Part shown: positions 7,898 to 15,899 of the stretch, one piece after another
How positions within the stretch are numbered: position 1 is the first letter of the stretch
How the letters are laid out: each line of letters starts with the position of its first letter
Origin: an uncultured Gammaproteobacteria bacterium
GTDB lineage: Bacteria; Patescibacteriota; Patescibacteriia; UBA9629
Length of the DNA stretch: 34,464 nt
Direction: 5' to 3'
Assembly: GCA_964471805.1 (NCBI GenBank)
Contig: CAYYGX010000003.1
Location: 1 to 34,464, forward strand
The notes under the pieces: generated by a model
Seen by the model: only the letters and a program-made list of their open reading frames with translations
Database searches by the model: none
Told to the model about the DNA's origin: nothing
Made by a program: the position numbers and the translations under genes

Positions 7898-10435
7898 TTA
7901 CACATACTTTTTCAAATACTTTCCTGTTAAACTTTTTTGATTTCGCGCCACGTCCTCCGGCGTGCCGGTTGCAATTACGCGTCCTCCGCTTGTGCCCCCT
8001 CCTGGCCCCAAATCAATAATATAATCCGCTGTTTTAATAACATCCATGTTGTGCTCAATCACCACAACCGTATTCCCCTGTAATACAATTTTTTGGAGTA
8101 CTGTCAATAATTGACGGACGTCGTCAAAGTGCAAGCCTGTTGTTGGTTCGTCGAACAAATAAAGTGTTCGCTCTCCTACTCGCCGTGAAAGCTCTTTAGA
8201 GAGCTTAACGCGTTGCGCCTCTCCTCCAGAGAGAGTGTTTGCCGGTTGTCCGAGTTCAACATATCCTAAACCCACTTCGCGCAGTGTCTTTAAGCGGTCT
8301 CCGATTGCCGGAATATCCTTAAAAAATTCATAAGCGTCTTCAACTGTCATTGCAAGCACCTCGGCGATGTTTTTCTTTTTATAGTGAACTTCCAATGTTT
8401 CGCGATTAAAACGTTTGCCTTTGCAAATGTCGCACGTTATGTAAACAGTCGGAAGAAAGTGCATTTCAATTGCAAGATAACCATAACCTTGGCAGTTTCC
8501 ACACCTGCCGCCGTTGACATTAAAAGAAAATCGCCCTGGTTTATAATTTCTGAATTTGGCTTCAGTTGTTACAGAAAATATGTCCCGTATATGGCTAAAC
8601 GTGCCGGTATATGTTGCCGGGTTTGATCTCGGGGTTCTTCCGATCGGGGACTGATCAATCAAAACGGCGCGGTTTAGATATTCCGCGCCCTTTATTTCTT
8701 TTACATTTTCCTCGGTGTTTTTAATACGGTTTAAGCGCCGAACAATATTTGTGTACAGCACATCATAGAGAAGCGAACTCTTGCCAGAACCGGAAACGCC
8801 AGTAACACAGACAAAACGCCGGAGCGGAATTTCAACAGTGATATTTTTGAGATTATTCGCCCGCGCGCCTATGACGGTAAGTTTATCAAGGTTATTTTTT
8901 CTCCTCTCGTTGGGCACAGGGATGGCTGTTTCTCCGCGCAGATACGCGCATGTGAGAGATTTTTTATTTTTCAGGACTTCCGGCATTTCCCCGGAGCAGA
9001 CAATTTCTCCTCCGTGTTTTCCTGCCCCAGGTCCGAAATCAACAAGATAATCGCTCTCCCGGATCGTGTCTTCATCGTGCTCAACCACAATAATCGTATT
9101 TCCGATATCGCGCAGGTGTTTCAAAGTTTTGAGAAGCCGGGCATTGTCCTCTTGATGAAGGCCGATTGTTGGCTCATCAAGAACATAGAGCGCGCCTACA
9201 AGATGAGAGCCTACTTGAGAGGCAAGCCTTATGCGCTGTGCCTCGCCACCGGAAAGAGTGCCTGCTTTGCGGTTTAAGGTTAAGTATTCCAGTCCAACGT
9301 CCATCATAAACTGAAGCCGATTTAACACCTCTTTCATAATTGATTTTGAAATGTCCTGTTGCCGCGTTGATAGTTTTAGAGTAAGAAAAAAATTAGTCGT
9401 CTCTTCAATCGTCATTTCCGCTAGTTCAACGATATTTTTACGGTTTATGAGCACTGAAAGAGCCTCGCCGCGGAGCCGTTTTCCAGAGCAGACAGAGCAT
9501 GGAATTTCAGAAAAAAGAGACTCTGTTCCCAAACCGTGGCAAGTTTCGCACGCGCCATAAGGGCTGTTAAAACTAAAGAGGCGCGGCTCAATTTCCGGAA
9601 AGCTGAATCTGCATGAAGGACAACTAAAAGTGGAGGAAAATGTATATTCAACTTCATCTTCAAATCGCACTATGATTACGCCATTTCCATAATCAAGAGC
9701 TGTTTCAATGGCCTCGCTCAACCGCTCGCGCTTATCGCGTTCTTCATGCGCTGATGCGCTTTGTTCGTCTTTTGGAAAATCATTTTTATAAAGCGTGTCA
9801 ACCACAAGTTCAATTGTGTGGCGTTTTTTTGGATCAATCTCAATTTTGTTTGAGAGAAGTCGCAAGATCCCATCAACGCGCACTTTCATAAAACCAGAAT
9901 TATACATATTATAGAGCATTTGATAGTATTCACCTTTTCGTCCGCGCACAATCGGAGCAAAAATTACGACTGCCTGATTTTTTTTAGAATGTTTGACATC
10001 TTTTTGCGTTAAAAGAACCGCATCCGCTATTTCGTCGGTTGTCATTTTTTGAATCCGATTGCCGCACTTTGGACAGTGGGGTTCTCCGATGCGCGCAAAG
10101 AGCACGCGCAGATAGTCGTAAATTTCAGTGATCGTCGCGACCGTTGAGCGCGGATTTGCGCTGTGGGCTTTTTGGTCTATGGAAATTGCCGGGGATAATC
10201 CTTCTATTTCATCAACGTCCGGTTTTTGCATTTGCCCCAAAAATTGACGCGCGTATGAGGATAGCGATTCCACATAACGCCTTTGGCCTTCGGCAAAAAT
10301 CGTATCAAAAGCAAGCGAGGATTTGCCGGAGCCCGAAACCCCGGTAAAAACCGTCATTTTATTGCGCGGAATCTCCAGAGATATATTTTTTAAGTTATGC
10401 TCCCGCGCGCCTTTGATGGTGATAGAATTTGTCAT
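7898..10435 (-). CDS. uvrA: Excinuclease ABC subunit A, 845 aa
   Basis: Two ABC modules: Walker [10 protein letters not shown] twice, signature LSGGEAQR twice, and Walker B LYVLDEPT / LYLFDEPT. Zinc-finger Cys pairs (CPKC, CPSC..CETC, CGNC..CDIC). N-terminus [20 protein letters not shown] is typical of UvrA. Confidence 0.95.
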   Translation of the reverse strand: MTNSITIKGAREHNLKNISLEIPRNKMTVFTGVSGSGKSSLAFDTIFAEGQRRYVESLSSYARQFLGQMQKPDVDEIEGLSPAISIDQKAHSANPRSTVATITEIYDYLRVLFARIGEPHCPKCGNRIQKMTTDEIADAVLLTQKDVKHSKKNQAVVIFAPIVRGRKGEYYQMLYNMYNSGFMKVRVDGILRLLSNKIEIDPKKRHTIELVVDTLYKNDFPKDEQSASAHEERDKRERLSEAIETALDYGNGVIIVRFEDEVEYTFSSTFSCPSCRFSFPEIEPRLFSFNSPYGACETCHGLGTESLFSEIPCSVCSGKRLRGEALSVLINRKNIVELAEMTIEETTNFFLTLKLSTRQQDISKSIMKEVLNRLQFMMDVGLEYLTLNRKAGTLSGGEAQRIRLASQVGSHLVGALYVLDEPTIGLHQEDNARLLKTLKHLRDIGNTIIVVEHDEDTIRESDYLVDFGPGAGKHGGEIVCSGEMPEVLKNKKSLTCAYLRGETAIPVPNERRKNNLDKLTVIGARANNLKNITVEIPLRRFVCVTGVSGSGKSSLLYDVLYTNIVRRLNRIKNTEENVKEIKGAEYLNRAVLIDQSPIGRTPRSNPATYTGTFSHIRDIFSVTTEAKFRNYKPGRFSFNVNGGRCGNCQGYGYLAIEMHFLPTVYITCDICKGKRFNRETLEVHYKKKNIAEVLAMTVEDAYEFFKDIPAIGDRLKTLREVGLGYVELGQPANTLSGGEAQRVKLSKELSRRVGERTLYLFDEPTTGLHFDDVRQLLTVLQKIVLQGNTVVVIEHNMDVIKTADYIIDLGPGGGTSGGRVIATGTPEDVARNQKSLTGKYLKKYV

Positions 10436-10438
10436 AGT

Positions 10439-10708
10439 TTAAAATGTTTCTAAAATGTTATGAGTGCCAACACGCAAAAGATGGTATTCATCATCGCGTA
10501 TTTTTTGAAGAATGACGCGGTAGTTTTTTGTTACCGATAATTCATACACGCCTTCTCTCGCGTATTTTTTGAAAATTTTGAAGCGGAGCGAAGGATAATA
10601 AAAGCCGTATTCAACAAATAAAGCAAGTTTTTTATCAACTTGCTTTTGTATATCCTGCGGCAATTTTCTATATCCTTTATCAAACTTTTCTGTATTATGA
10701 AGCGTCAT
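10439..10708 (-). CDS. RelE/ParE-superfamily type II toxin
   Basis: 89 aa. Pattern F.KGYRKLP..IQKQV.KKL..F......PSL..K......EGVYEL.V.KNYRVIL.KI.D..Y.LL.VGTH matches the RelE/ParE fold signature. ATGA start/stop overlap with the upstream antitoxin gene. Confidence 0.75.
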   Translation of the reverse strand: MTLHNTEKFDKGYRKLPQDIQKQVDKKLALFVEYGFYYPSLRFKIFKKYAREGVYELSVTKNYRVILQKIRDDEYHLLRVGTHNILETF

Positions 10709-11007
10709 GCTTTTAGAGAGTCAAGATGTTTTTGAAGTTGCTCGGCATTAGTGATTGTAGTATATCGTCCTTCTTTAATATCACGCAACGCTTCCTTGAT
10801 ATCTTTAATCTCTTCTTTGCTCATCGGATCAGCATATTCTTCTTTATGAGCGCTTATTTTAACTGGTTTTAACATTATGCATTTTTGCGACGTTTCAGCG
10901 ATAAATAAACTTCCCTTATCAATAGAAAATTGTTTGCGAATTTTAAGGGGGATCGTAACTTGATAGTGTTGATTTGTTTTAACAAGCGTCTGGGTTTTTG
11001 CGTTCAT
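10705..11007 (-). CDS. AbrB/SpoVT(MazE)-type antitoxin
   Basis: 100 aa. The N-terminal swapped-hairpin motif QVTIPLKIRKQFSIDKGSLFI is typical of SpoVT-AbrB DNA-binding antitoxins. Acidic C-terminal tail. 4-nt overlap with the toxin gene. Confidence 0.7.
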   Translation of the reverse strand: MNAKTQTLVKTNQHYQVTIPLKIRKQFSIDKGSLFIAETSQKCIMLKPVKISAHKEEYADPMSKEEIKDIKEALRDIKEGRYTTITNAEQLQKHLDSLKA

Positions 11008-11074
11008 TACTTAAAAATTTTAAACCGCTAAACTTTGATTTAAGCGAGTTAAAATGTATTAAAATAATATAATA

Positions 11075-11112
11075 ATGCTATAGTACATTTTTGTATTTGT
11101 CAAACTTGACAA
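11075..11112 (-). promoter_or_regulatory. Putative toxin-antitoxin promoter with palindromic operator
   Basis: Palindrome TTGTCAA-AC-TTGACAA at 11097-11112. On the minus strand its TTGACA half (11103-11098) lies 17 nt upstream of TAGCAT (11080-11075). Confidence 0.35.
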
Positions 11113-11182
11113 GAAGTGGTAGGATAATTTTGTCTCGCAACTTTACCTTGAAAGGAATGGGTGTTTTTTAGCGGGATAACAC

Positions 11183-13198
11183 TCATTCTCTTTTCTTTTT
11201 CACTGGTTTTTCCAATTTCCGTTTCAATACCTTCACTTCGTCCCGTAACACCGCCGCGAGTTCAAATTCCAAATTCTTCGCGGCTTTGCGCATTTCAATT
11301 TCTTTTTCGGCAATGATCTTTTCAACTTTTCCGCGCGGCGCGGCTTTCAGTTCAAGATCAAGAATCTTCTGTACTTCCTTATCTTTTATCCTCCAAATTT
11401 TCGTGATATCGCGAATTTTTTTCTTGATAGTCTGCGGCGTGATGCCGTGTTTTTTATTATAGGCGATCTGCTTGTCGCGTCGCCGGTTGGTCTCGTCAAC
11501 CGCTCGTTTGATAGAGCCTGTAATAACATCCGCATACAAAATAACTTTGCCTTGCACATTGCGCGCGGCTCGGCCTATTGTTTGAATAAGCGATGTGTCT
11601 GAACGCAAAAATCCTTCTTTATCAGCGTCTAGAATCGCCACAAGAGTAACTTCCGGGAGATCAAGGCCTTCGCGGAGCAAGTTTACCCCTACCAAACAAT
11701 CAAACACGCCTTTTCTAAAATCAGTGAGAATTCGGATACGATCAAGCGTTTTTATGTCGCTGTGCAGATACCGTGTTTTAATGTGGCGTTCAACTAAATA
11801 CGAAGTTAAATCCTCTGCCATTTTTTTGGTAAGCGTAGTTACAAGCGCGCGTTCGCGTTTTTCCGAGCGCGCTGTAATTTCGCCGATCACGTCCTCAATC
11901 TGGCTCCCGTTTTTGTTCGTCTCAACAATCGGCCGCACTTCAACCTCTGGATCCACTAATCCGGTTGGACGAATGATCTGCTCCACTATCTCCGATGATA
12001 TGCCAAGCTCGTATGCGCTTGGAGTTGCTGAAGTAAAAATACATTGATTGATGCGCGCTGTGAATTCTTCAAATGTGAGCGGACGGTTGTCGCGCGCGCT
12101 TGGTAGCCTGAACCCATGTTCAATAAGAGTATTTTTACGGGACCTATCTCCTTCATACATGCCGCGAAGTTGAGGAGTTGTTACATGAGACTCGTCTACA
12201 ATAAGGAGAAAATCCTTTGGAAAATATGAGAATAGAGTCGCTGGCGGTTTTCCGGAAGCTCGGCCGTCAAAATGGCGCGAGTAATTTTCAATTCCAGAGC
12301 AGTAGCCAATCTCCCGCATCATTTCAAGGTCATAGTTTGTGCGCCGTTCCAGCCGCTCCTCTTCAAGAAGAAGCCCGTGTTTTTTGAAATGCGCGAGGCG
12401 TTCTTTCAGTTCATTGCGAATTGTTTTGATTGCTTTCAGTTTCTCTGGCTCAAGTGTTACAAAGTGGCGAGCTGGAAAAATTATAAAATCATCGCGTTCA
12501 CATATTAGTTTTTGGCTGATCGGATCTATCTCAAGAATTTCTGCGACGAGCGTTTCATTTAGTTCAATGCGGTAAATAACCTCGCCTTTTACCGGCATTA
12601 TTTCAAGGATCGGCCCTCGTGCCCGAAATTTTCCTCGTTCAATTGAACCGCTTGTTCGCGCGAACCCTAGCATAATCAGTTTTCGCATCAGAATGCTTCG
12701 TTCACATAGCGCGTTTTTTTTAATATAAATTACCTCTTTTTCGTAATTTTCCGGAGATCCAAGTCCATAAATACAAGAAACCGATGAGACTACAATTACA
12801 TCGCGTCGCGAGAGCAGTGATTGGGTTGCTCTGTGGCGCAGGCGATCAATCTCATCATTGATTTGAGCCTCCTTTTCTATGTATGTGTCTGTCGGCGGCA
12901 GATATGCCTCTGGCTGATAATAATCGTAATAAGAAACAAAGTATTCAACCGCGTTTTTTGGAAAAAATTCTCGGAATTCATTGCATAGTTGCGCGGCAAG
13001 CGTTTTATTATGAGCGATTACAAGTGTCGGCTTTTGAACATTTTGTACAACGTTTGCAATCGTAAAAGTTTTTCCTGATCCAGTAACCCCAAGAAGGGTT
13101 TGATACTTTAGTTTTTTTGAAAGACCTTGAACTAACTTCTTAATCGCTTTTGGTTGATCGCCGGATGGTTTCAAGTGTGTTGTAAGACAGAAGTTCAT
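11183..13198 (-). CDS. uvrB: Excinuclease ABC subunit B
   Basis: 671 aa. Walker A GVTGSGKTF. DExH-like IVDESH. Helicase C-terminal motifs (QTIGRAARN). C-terminal UVR coiled coil (AAKNLEFELAAVLRDEVKVLK). Confidence 0.95.
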   Translation of the reverse strand: MNFCLTTHLKPSGDQPKAIKKLVQGLSKKLKYQTLLGVTGSGKTFTIANVVQNVQKPTLVIAHNKTLAAQLCNEFREFFPKNAVEYFVSYYDYYQPEAYLPPTDTYIEKEAQINDEIDRLRHRATQSLLSRRDVIVVSSVSCIYGLGSPENYEKEVIYIKKNALCERSILMRKLIMLGFARTSGSIERGKFRARGPILEIMPVKGEVIYRIELNETLVAEILEIDPISQKLICERDDFIIFPARHFVTLEPEKLKAIKTIRNELKERLAHFKKHGLLLEEERLERRTNYDLEMMREIGYCSGIENYSRHFDGRASGKPPATLFSYFPKDFLLIVDESHVTTPQLRGMYEGDRSRKNTLIEHGFRLPSARDNRPLTFEEFTARINQCIFTSATPSAYELGISSEIVEQIIRPTGLVDPEVEVRPIVETNKNGSQIEDVIGEITARSEKRERALVTTLTKKMAEDLTSYLVERHIKTRYLHSDIKTLDRIRILTDFRKGVFDCLVGVNLLREGLDLPEVTLVAILDADKEGFLRSDTSLIQTIGRAARNVQGKVILYADVITGSIKRAVDETNRRRDKQIAYNKKHGITPQTIKKKIRDITKIWRIKDKEVQKILDLELKAAPRGKVEKIIAEKEIEMRKAAKNLEFELAAVLRDEVKVLKRKLEKPVKKKRE

Positions 13199-13211
13199 AG
13201 ACTCGCAAATT

Positions 13212-13240
13212 AATAAAACGCGGTGCTTGAGATGCCCGCG
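13212..13240 (-). terminator. Weak candidate terminator after the tRNA pair
   Basis: Minus strand: CGCGG, a 12-nt loop, CCGCG, then TTTTATT. The stem is only 5 bp. Confidence 0.3.
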
Positions 13241-13248
13241 ATTGTTGT

Positions 13249-13335
13249 TGGTGGGCCGGGAGGGATTCGAACCCCCGAAGGCGCGAGGCCAACTGGTTTA
13301 CAGCCAGTCCCATTTGTCCGCTTTGGTACCGACCC
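13249..13335 (-). tRNA. tRNA-Tyr(GTA): tRNA-Tyr (anticodon GTA), class II long variable arm, CCA encoded
   Basis: Reverse complement reads GGGTCGG TA CCAA..ATGG G ACTGG CTGTAAA CCAGT (long variable arm) GGGGG TTCGAAT CCCTC CCGGCCC A CCA. Acceptor, anticodon and T stems all pair. Confidence 0.9.
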
Positions 13336-13337
13336 TA

Positions 13338-13413
13338 TGGAGCCCACGCGCGGATTTGAACCGCGGACCTACTCCTTACCATGGAGTTGCTCTACCACTA
13401 AAGCTACGCGGGC
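13338..13413 (-). tRNA. tRNA-Thr(GGT): tRNA-Thr (anticodon GGT), CCA encoded
   Basis: Reverse complement reads GCCCGCG TA GCTT TAGTGGTA GAGC A ACTCC ATGGTAA GGAGT AGGTC CGCGG TTCAAAT CCGCG CGTGGGC T CCA. Sits 2 nt upstream of tRNA-Tyr. Confidence 0.9.
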
Positions 13414-13423
13414 AAAACATTTC

Positions 13424-14224
13424 TCACCCAATCCCCTTCAACTCTTGAAGCAGTTGATCCAATCCTTCATTTGCAGGATTATTCTTTTTTAGTTTCAAAT
13501 AATATTTCCAACCGAGCTCTTTTTGTTTCGCCATAATGCATATTTTCGTGATAAAATGAAGCATCTTTGGGTTTGAAGGCTCCAAGGTTACCGCTTTCTT
13601 GGCGTTTTGTAAAGCATCTTCCAGTTTCTCTAATTTAAGTTTGGTTTCCGCAAGTTCAAGATAATGAGACGCAGAGACATTTTTTAATCGTTGCGCAAGT
13701 TTTACTACATGCTCCCATGTAGCTTCGGCATGGAGAAAATTTTTACTTTTCAGATAAATCTCGGCAAGAAGTTTATAAGCTTGGAGCGATTTAGGATTTT
13801 CTTTAATGATATGCAAGGCCGCTTTTTCCGCATCATCAAATTTGTCCGTACTCAGCAATTCCTTGGCCTCAACAAGTTTTGCTCCATCTTCCCCGCTAAA
13901 AGGAAGGCCATCCGCGCCGTTTTTGTGTTTTGTAAATTCCTTCCAGTATGCGTTTTTTATATCTTGTAAATTTTTGTAGTATGGATGCAACCGTCCCAGT
14001 AAACGCGCCGCAGATTTAATGCTTGGAATACGCGAAGAAATTTTTGAAATCGCAACCTGAAATTTTCGTTTGAGCCGTTTTTCAAGGAGAAAACGTTTCT
14101 TGTGTTTTTCGCGCAAGACTTCCTCAAATTTAATTTCACGCAAAATCGGCATTTTTCTTCCGATAATAAAAGCAATCAAAGCCAATGAACAAATAAAAAT
14201 TAAAAATGCGATAATATTAAGCAT
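13424..14224 (-). CDS. Membrane-anchored TPR-repeat protein
   Basis: ATG at 14224 (the track's 14236 start is a TTG). N-terminal hydrophobic helix IIAFLIFICSLALIAFIIG. TPR-like repeats follow (AYKLLAEIYLKSKNFLHAEATWEHVVKLAQ; LEDALQNAKKAVTLEPSNPKML). Confidence 0.7.
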   Translation of the reverse strand: MLNIIAFLIFICSLALIAFIIGRKMPILREIKFEEVLREKHKKRFLLEKRLKRKFQVAISKISSRIPSIKSAARLLGRLHPYYKNLQDIKNAYWKEFTKHKNGADGLPFSGEDGAKLVEAKELLSTDKFDDAEKAALHIIKENPKSLQAYKLLAEIYLKSKNFLHAEATWEHVVKLAQRLKNVSASHYLELAETKLKLEKLEDALQNAKKAVTLEPSNPKMLHFITKICIMAKQKELGWKYYLKLKKNNPANEGLDQLLQELKGIG

Positions 14225-14978
14225 GCAATTGCACAACAGTTAAAATTTTATTGAATTCCTCGGCTTTCATGCCAGCGCTTCCGACAAGGACGCCATCAAT
14301 TTCACTTTCTTTACAAAATTTTTCTATATTGTCGCCGTCAACGCTTCCTCCATATAGAATGGCCGTATTGCTCTCGCACACCGCGCGCGAAAATGTGTCA
14401 ATGAGAGCTTGGTGTATTACCCTTAGCATATACAGCGCTTCAGACACTTCTGCTGTGTGTCCGGTTCCTATAGCCCATACAGGTTCATAGGCAATAATTA
14501 ATTTTTGATTTCCCGCTAGTTCAACTTTTTCCAGCGCAGTTTCTATCTGCCGCCGCACAATATGATCTTTCGCGCCGTTTCTTCGTTCTTCCATTGATTC
14601 GCCGACGCATAAAATTGGAACCAGCATTTCATCAATCGCGGCGCGGACTTTTTTATTTATGTTTTCCGAAGTTTCTAAAAGATGTATTCTTCGTTCAGAG
14701 TGCCCGATGATGACGTGGCTACACCCTACCGATTTTAGATGCGCCGGCGAGATTTCTCCAGTATAGGCGCCAGAATTTTCCCAAAAACAATCCTGCGAAG
14801 CAGTCATTATAGGCGTATTTTTTAGAGTTAAACTTATGCGCTCTATATTTAAAAAAGTTGGCGCAAGTATTATAGAAAGTTTCATTGAATCAAACGGCAT
14901 TCGCGCGACTTTTTTCGCAAGCGCAAATTCATCGCGCGGCGCAAGTTTCATTTTCCAGTTGGCAATCAGGTATTTCAT
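14217..14978 (-). CDS. tpiA: Triosephosphate isomerase
   Basis: Motifs IANWKMK, IIGHSERR, AYEPVWAIGTG and LYGGSV. I prefer the internal ATG at 14978 (MKYLIANWKM), which avoids overlap with the upstream gene; the track ORF begins at 14999. Confidence 0.9.
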   Translation of the reverse strand: MKYLIANWKMKLAPRDEFALAKKVARMPFDSMKLSIILAPTFLNIERISLTLKNTPIMTASQDCFWENSGAYTGEISPAHLKSVGCSHVIIGHSERRIHLLETSENINKKVRAAIDEMLVPILCVGESMEERRNGAKDHIVRRQIETALEKVELAGNQKLIIAYEPVWAIGTGHTAEVSEALYMLRVIHQALIDTFSRAVCESNTAILYGGSVDGDNIEKFCKESEIDGVLVGSAGMKAEEFNKILTVVQLHA

Positions 14979-14979
14979 A

Positions 14980-15894
14980 CTATTTAAAAATTTCCTCAAA
15001 TACTACTTCCAGTTTCCTATCAATATTTTCCGATAATTTCTCGTGCGGAATTTTCAAATGATCCAAAACAGTTTCAAATTTTTTAAATCCTCCGTCGCTT
15101 CTTAATTCAACCCATTCAACCTTTCGGCTATTTAATTGTTTTTTGTTGGTATCTGAAAGTTTATCTGCCACAAAAAGTCTGCTATCTCTTGCTATAACTG
15201 CGTCAGCACTTTCTGGATTACCGCGACCCATTAATTTAACCTCGCATTTGTGCTGATTTTTACCTTCAACCAAATAAAAATCAATCTCTCTCTCAAAATC
15301 ATCTGCTTCAATAACTTTACCGTTTATTTTAAGAGCATAATTTTTACTTGGAACGCCGTATAACCCGCACAAAGTTTGCATTAAAGGTTTTTCAACTCTC
15401 TTGCCTGCGGTACTCCATAGGCCGCCTCTCAATGCCGCCCTTTTTACTGCTAGCGTATTTATCACAATTAAACTTTCGCTAACATTTAAATCAACACTTA
15501 CTCCTTTAAATTTAATAGTTAATGTGAGATCGAGGTCGTGTTCTGTATCCACAAGATTTTTAATGGCCTGATAAAGAGCGTCATAATGTTCGTTTGAAGC
15601 GTCAATCACAATTTCCTTTGTTGAGGAATTAAACATATTGTGAATTGTCTTTTCGTTTAGTCCCGAGTTTATCGCAATATCTCTAGCAGGCAAATTAGGA
15701 TTAAGAAATTTCTTTTTGTACCAATCTGCTGTTATCTCATTACTTTTAAGCTTTGCGTCAACAACTTTTTTGAAAAAATCAACGGCAAATTGTAAAAATT
15801 CCGCATTTATTAAAGTAACAACTTCAATACGGTAATCCTCGCCCTTTAATAACTTTTTTATAATATTTTTTGCTACTTGTTCTGTTATTGTCAT
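14980..15894 (-). CDS. Putative restriction endonuclease (candidate PD-(D/E)xK) partnered with the upstream methyltransferase
   Basis: 304 aa, family not recognised by eye. Candidate nuclease core EREIDFYLVEGKNQHKCEVKLMG (D..ExK spacing). Starts 5 nt after the methyltransferase stop. Visibly more AT-rich than flanking housekeeping genes. Confidence 0.5.
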   Translation of the reverse strand: MTITEQVAKNIIKKLLKGEDYRIEVVTLINAEFLQFAVDFFKKVVDAKLKSNEITADWYKKKFLNPNLPARDIAINSGLNEKTIHNMFNSSTKEIVIDASNEHYDALYQAIKNLVDTEHDLDLTLTIKFKGVSVDLNVSESLIVINTLAVKRAALRGGLWSTAGKRVEKPLMQTLCGLYGVPSKNYALKINGKVIEADDFEREIDFYLVEGKNQHKCEVKLMGRGNPESADAVIARDSRLFVADKLSDTNKKQLNSRKVEWVELRSDGGFKKFETVLDHLKIPHEKLSENIDRKLEVVFEEIFK

Positions 15895-15899
15895 ATTTT

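Noticed and set aside
13223-13492. Two plus-strand ORFs (73 and 89 aa) over the tRNA region
   Set aside because: They are the antisense translation of two well-folded tRNA genes.
14979-14999. tpiA start at 14999, overlapping the nuclease-like gene by 20 nt
   Set aside because: The internal ATG at 14978 gives the canonical MKxLIAxNWKM TpiA N-terminus and removes the overlap.
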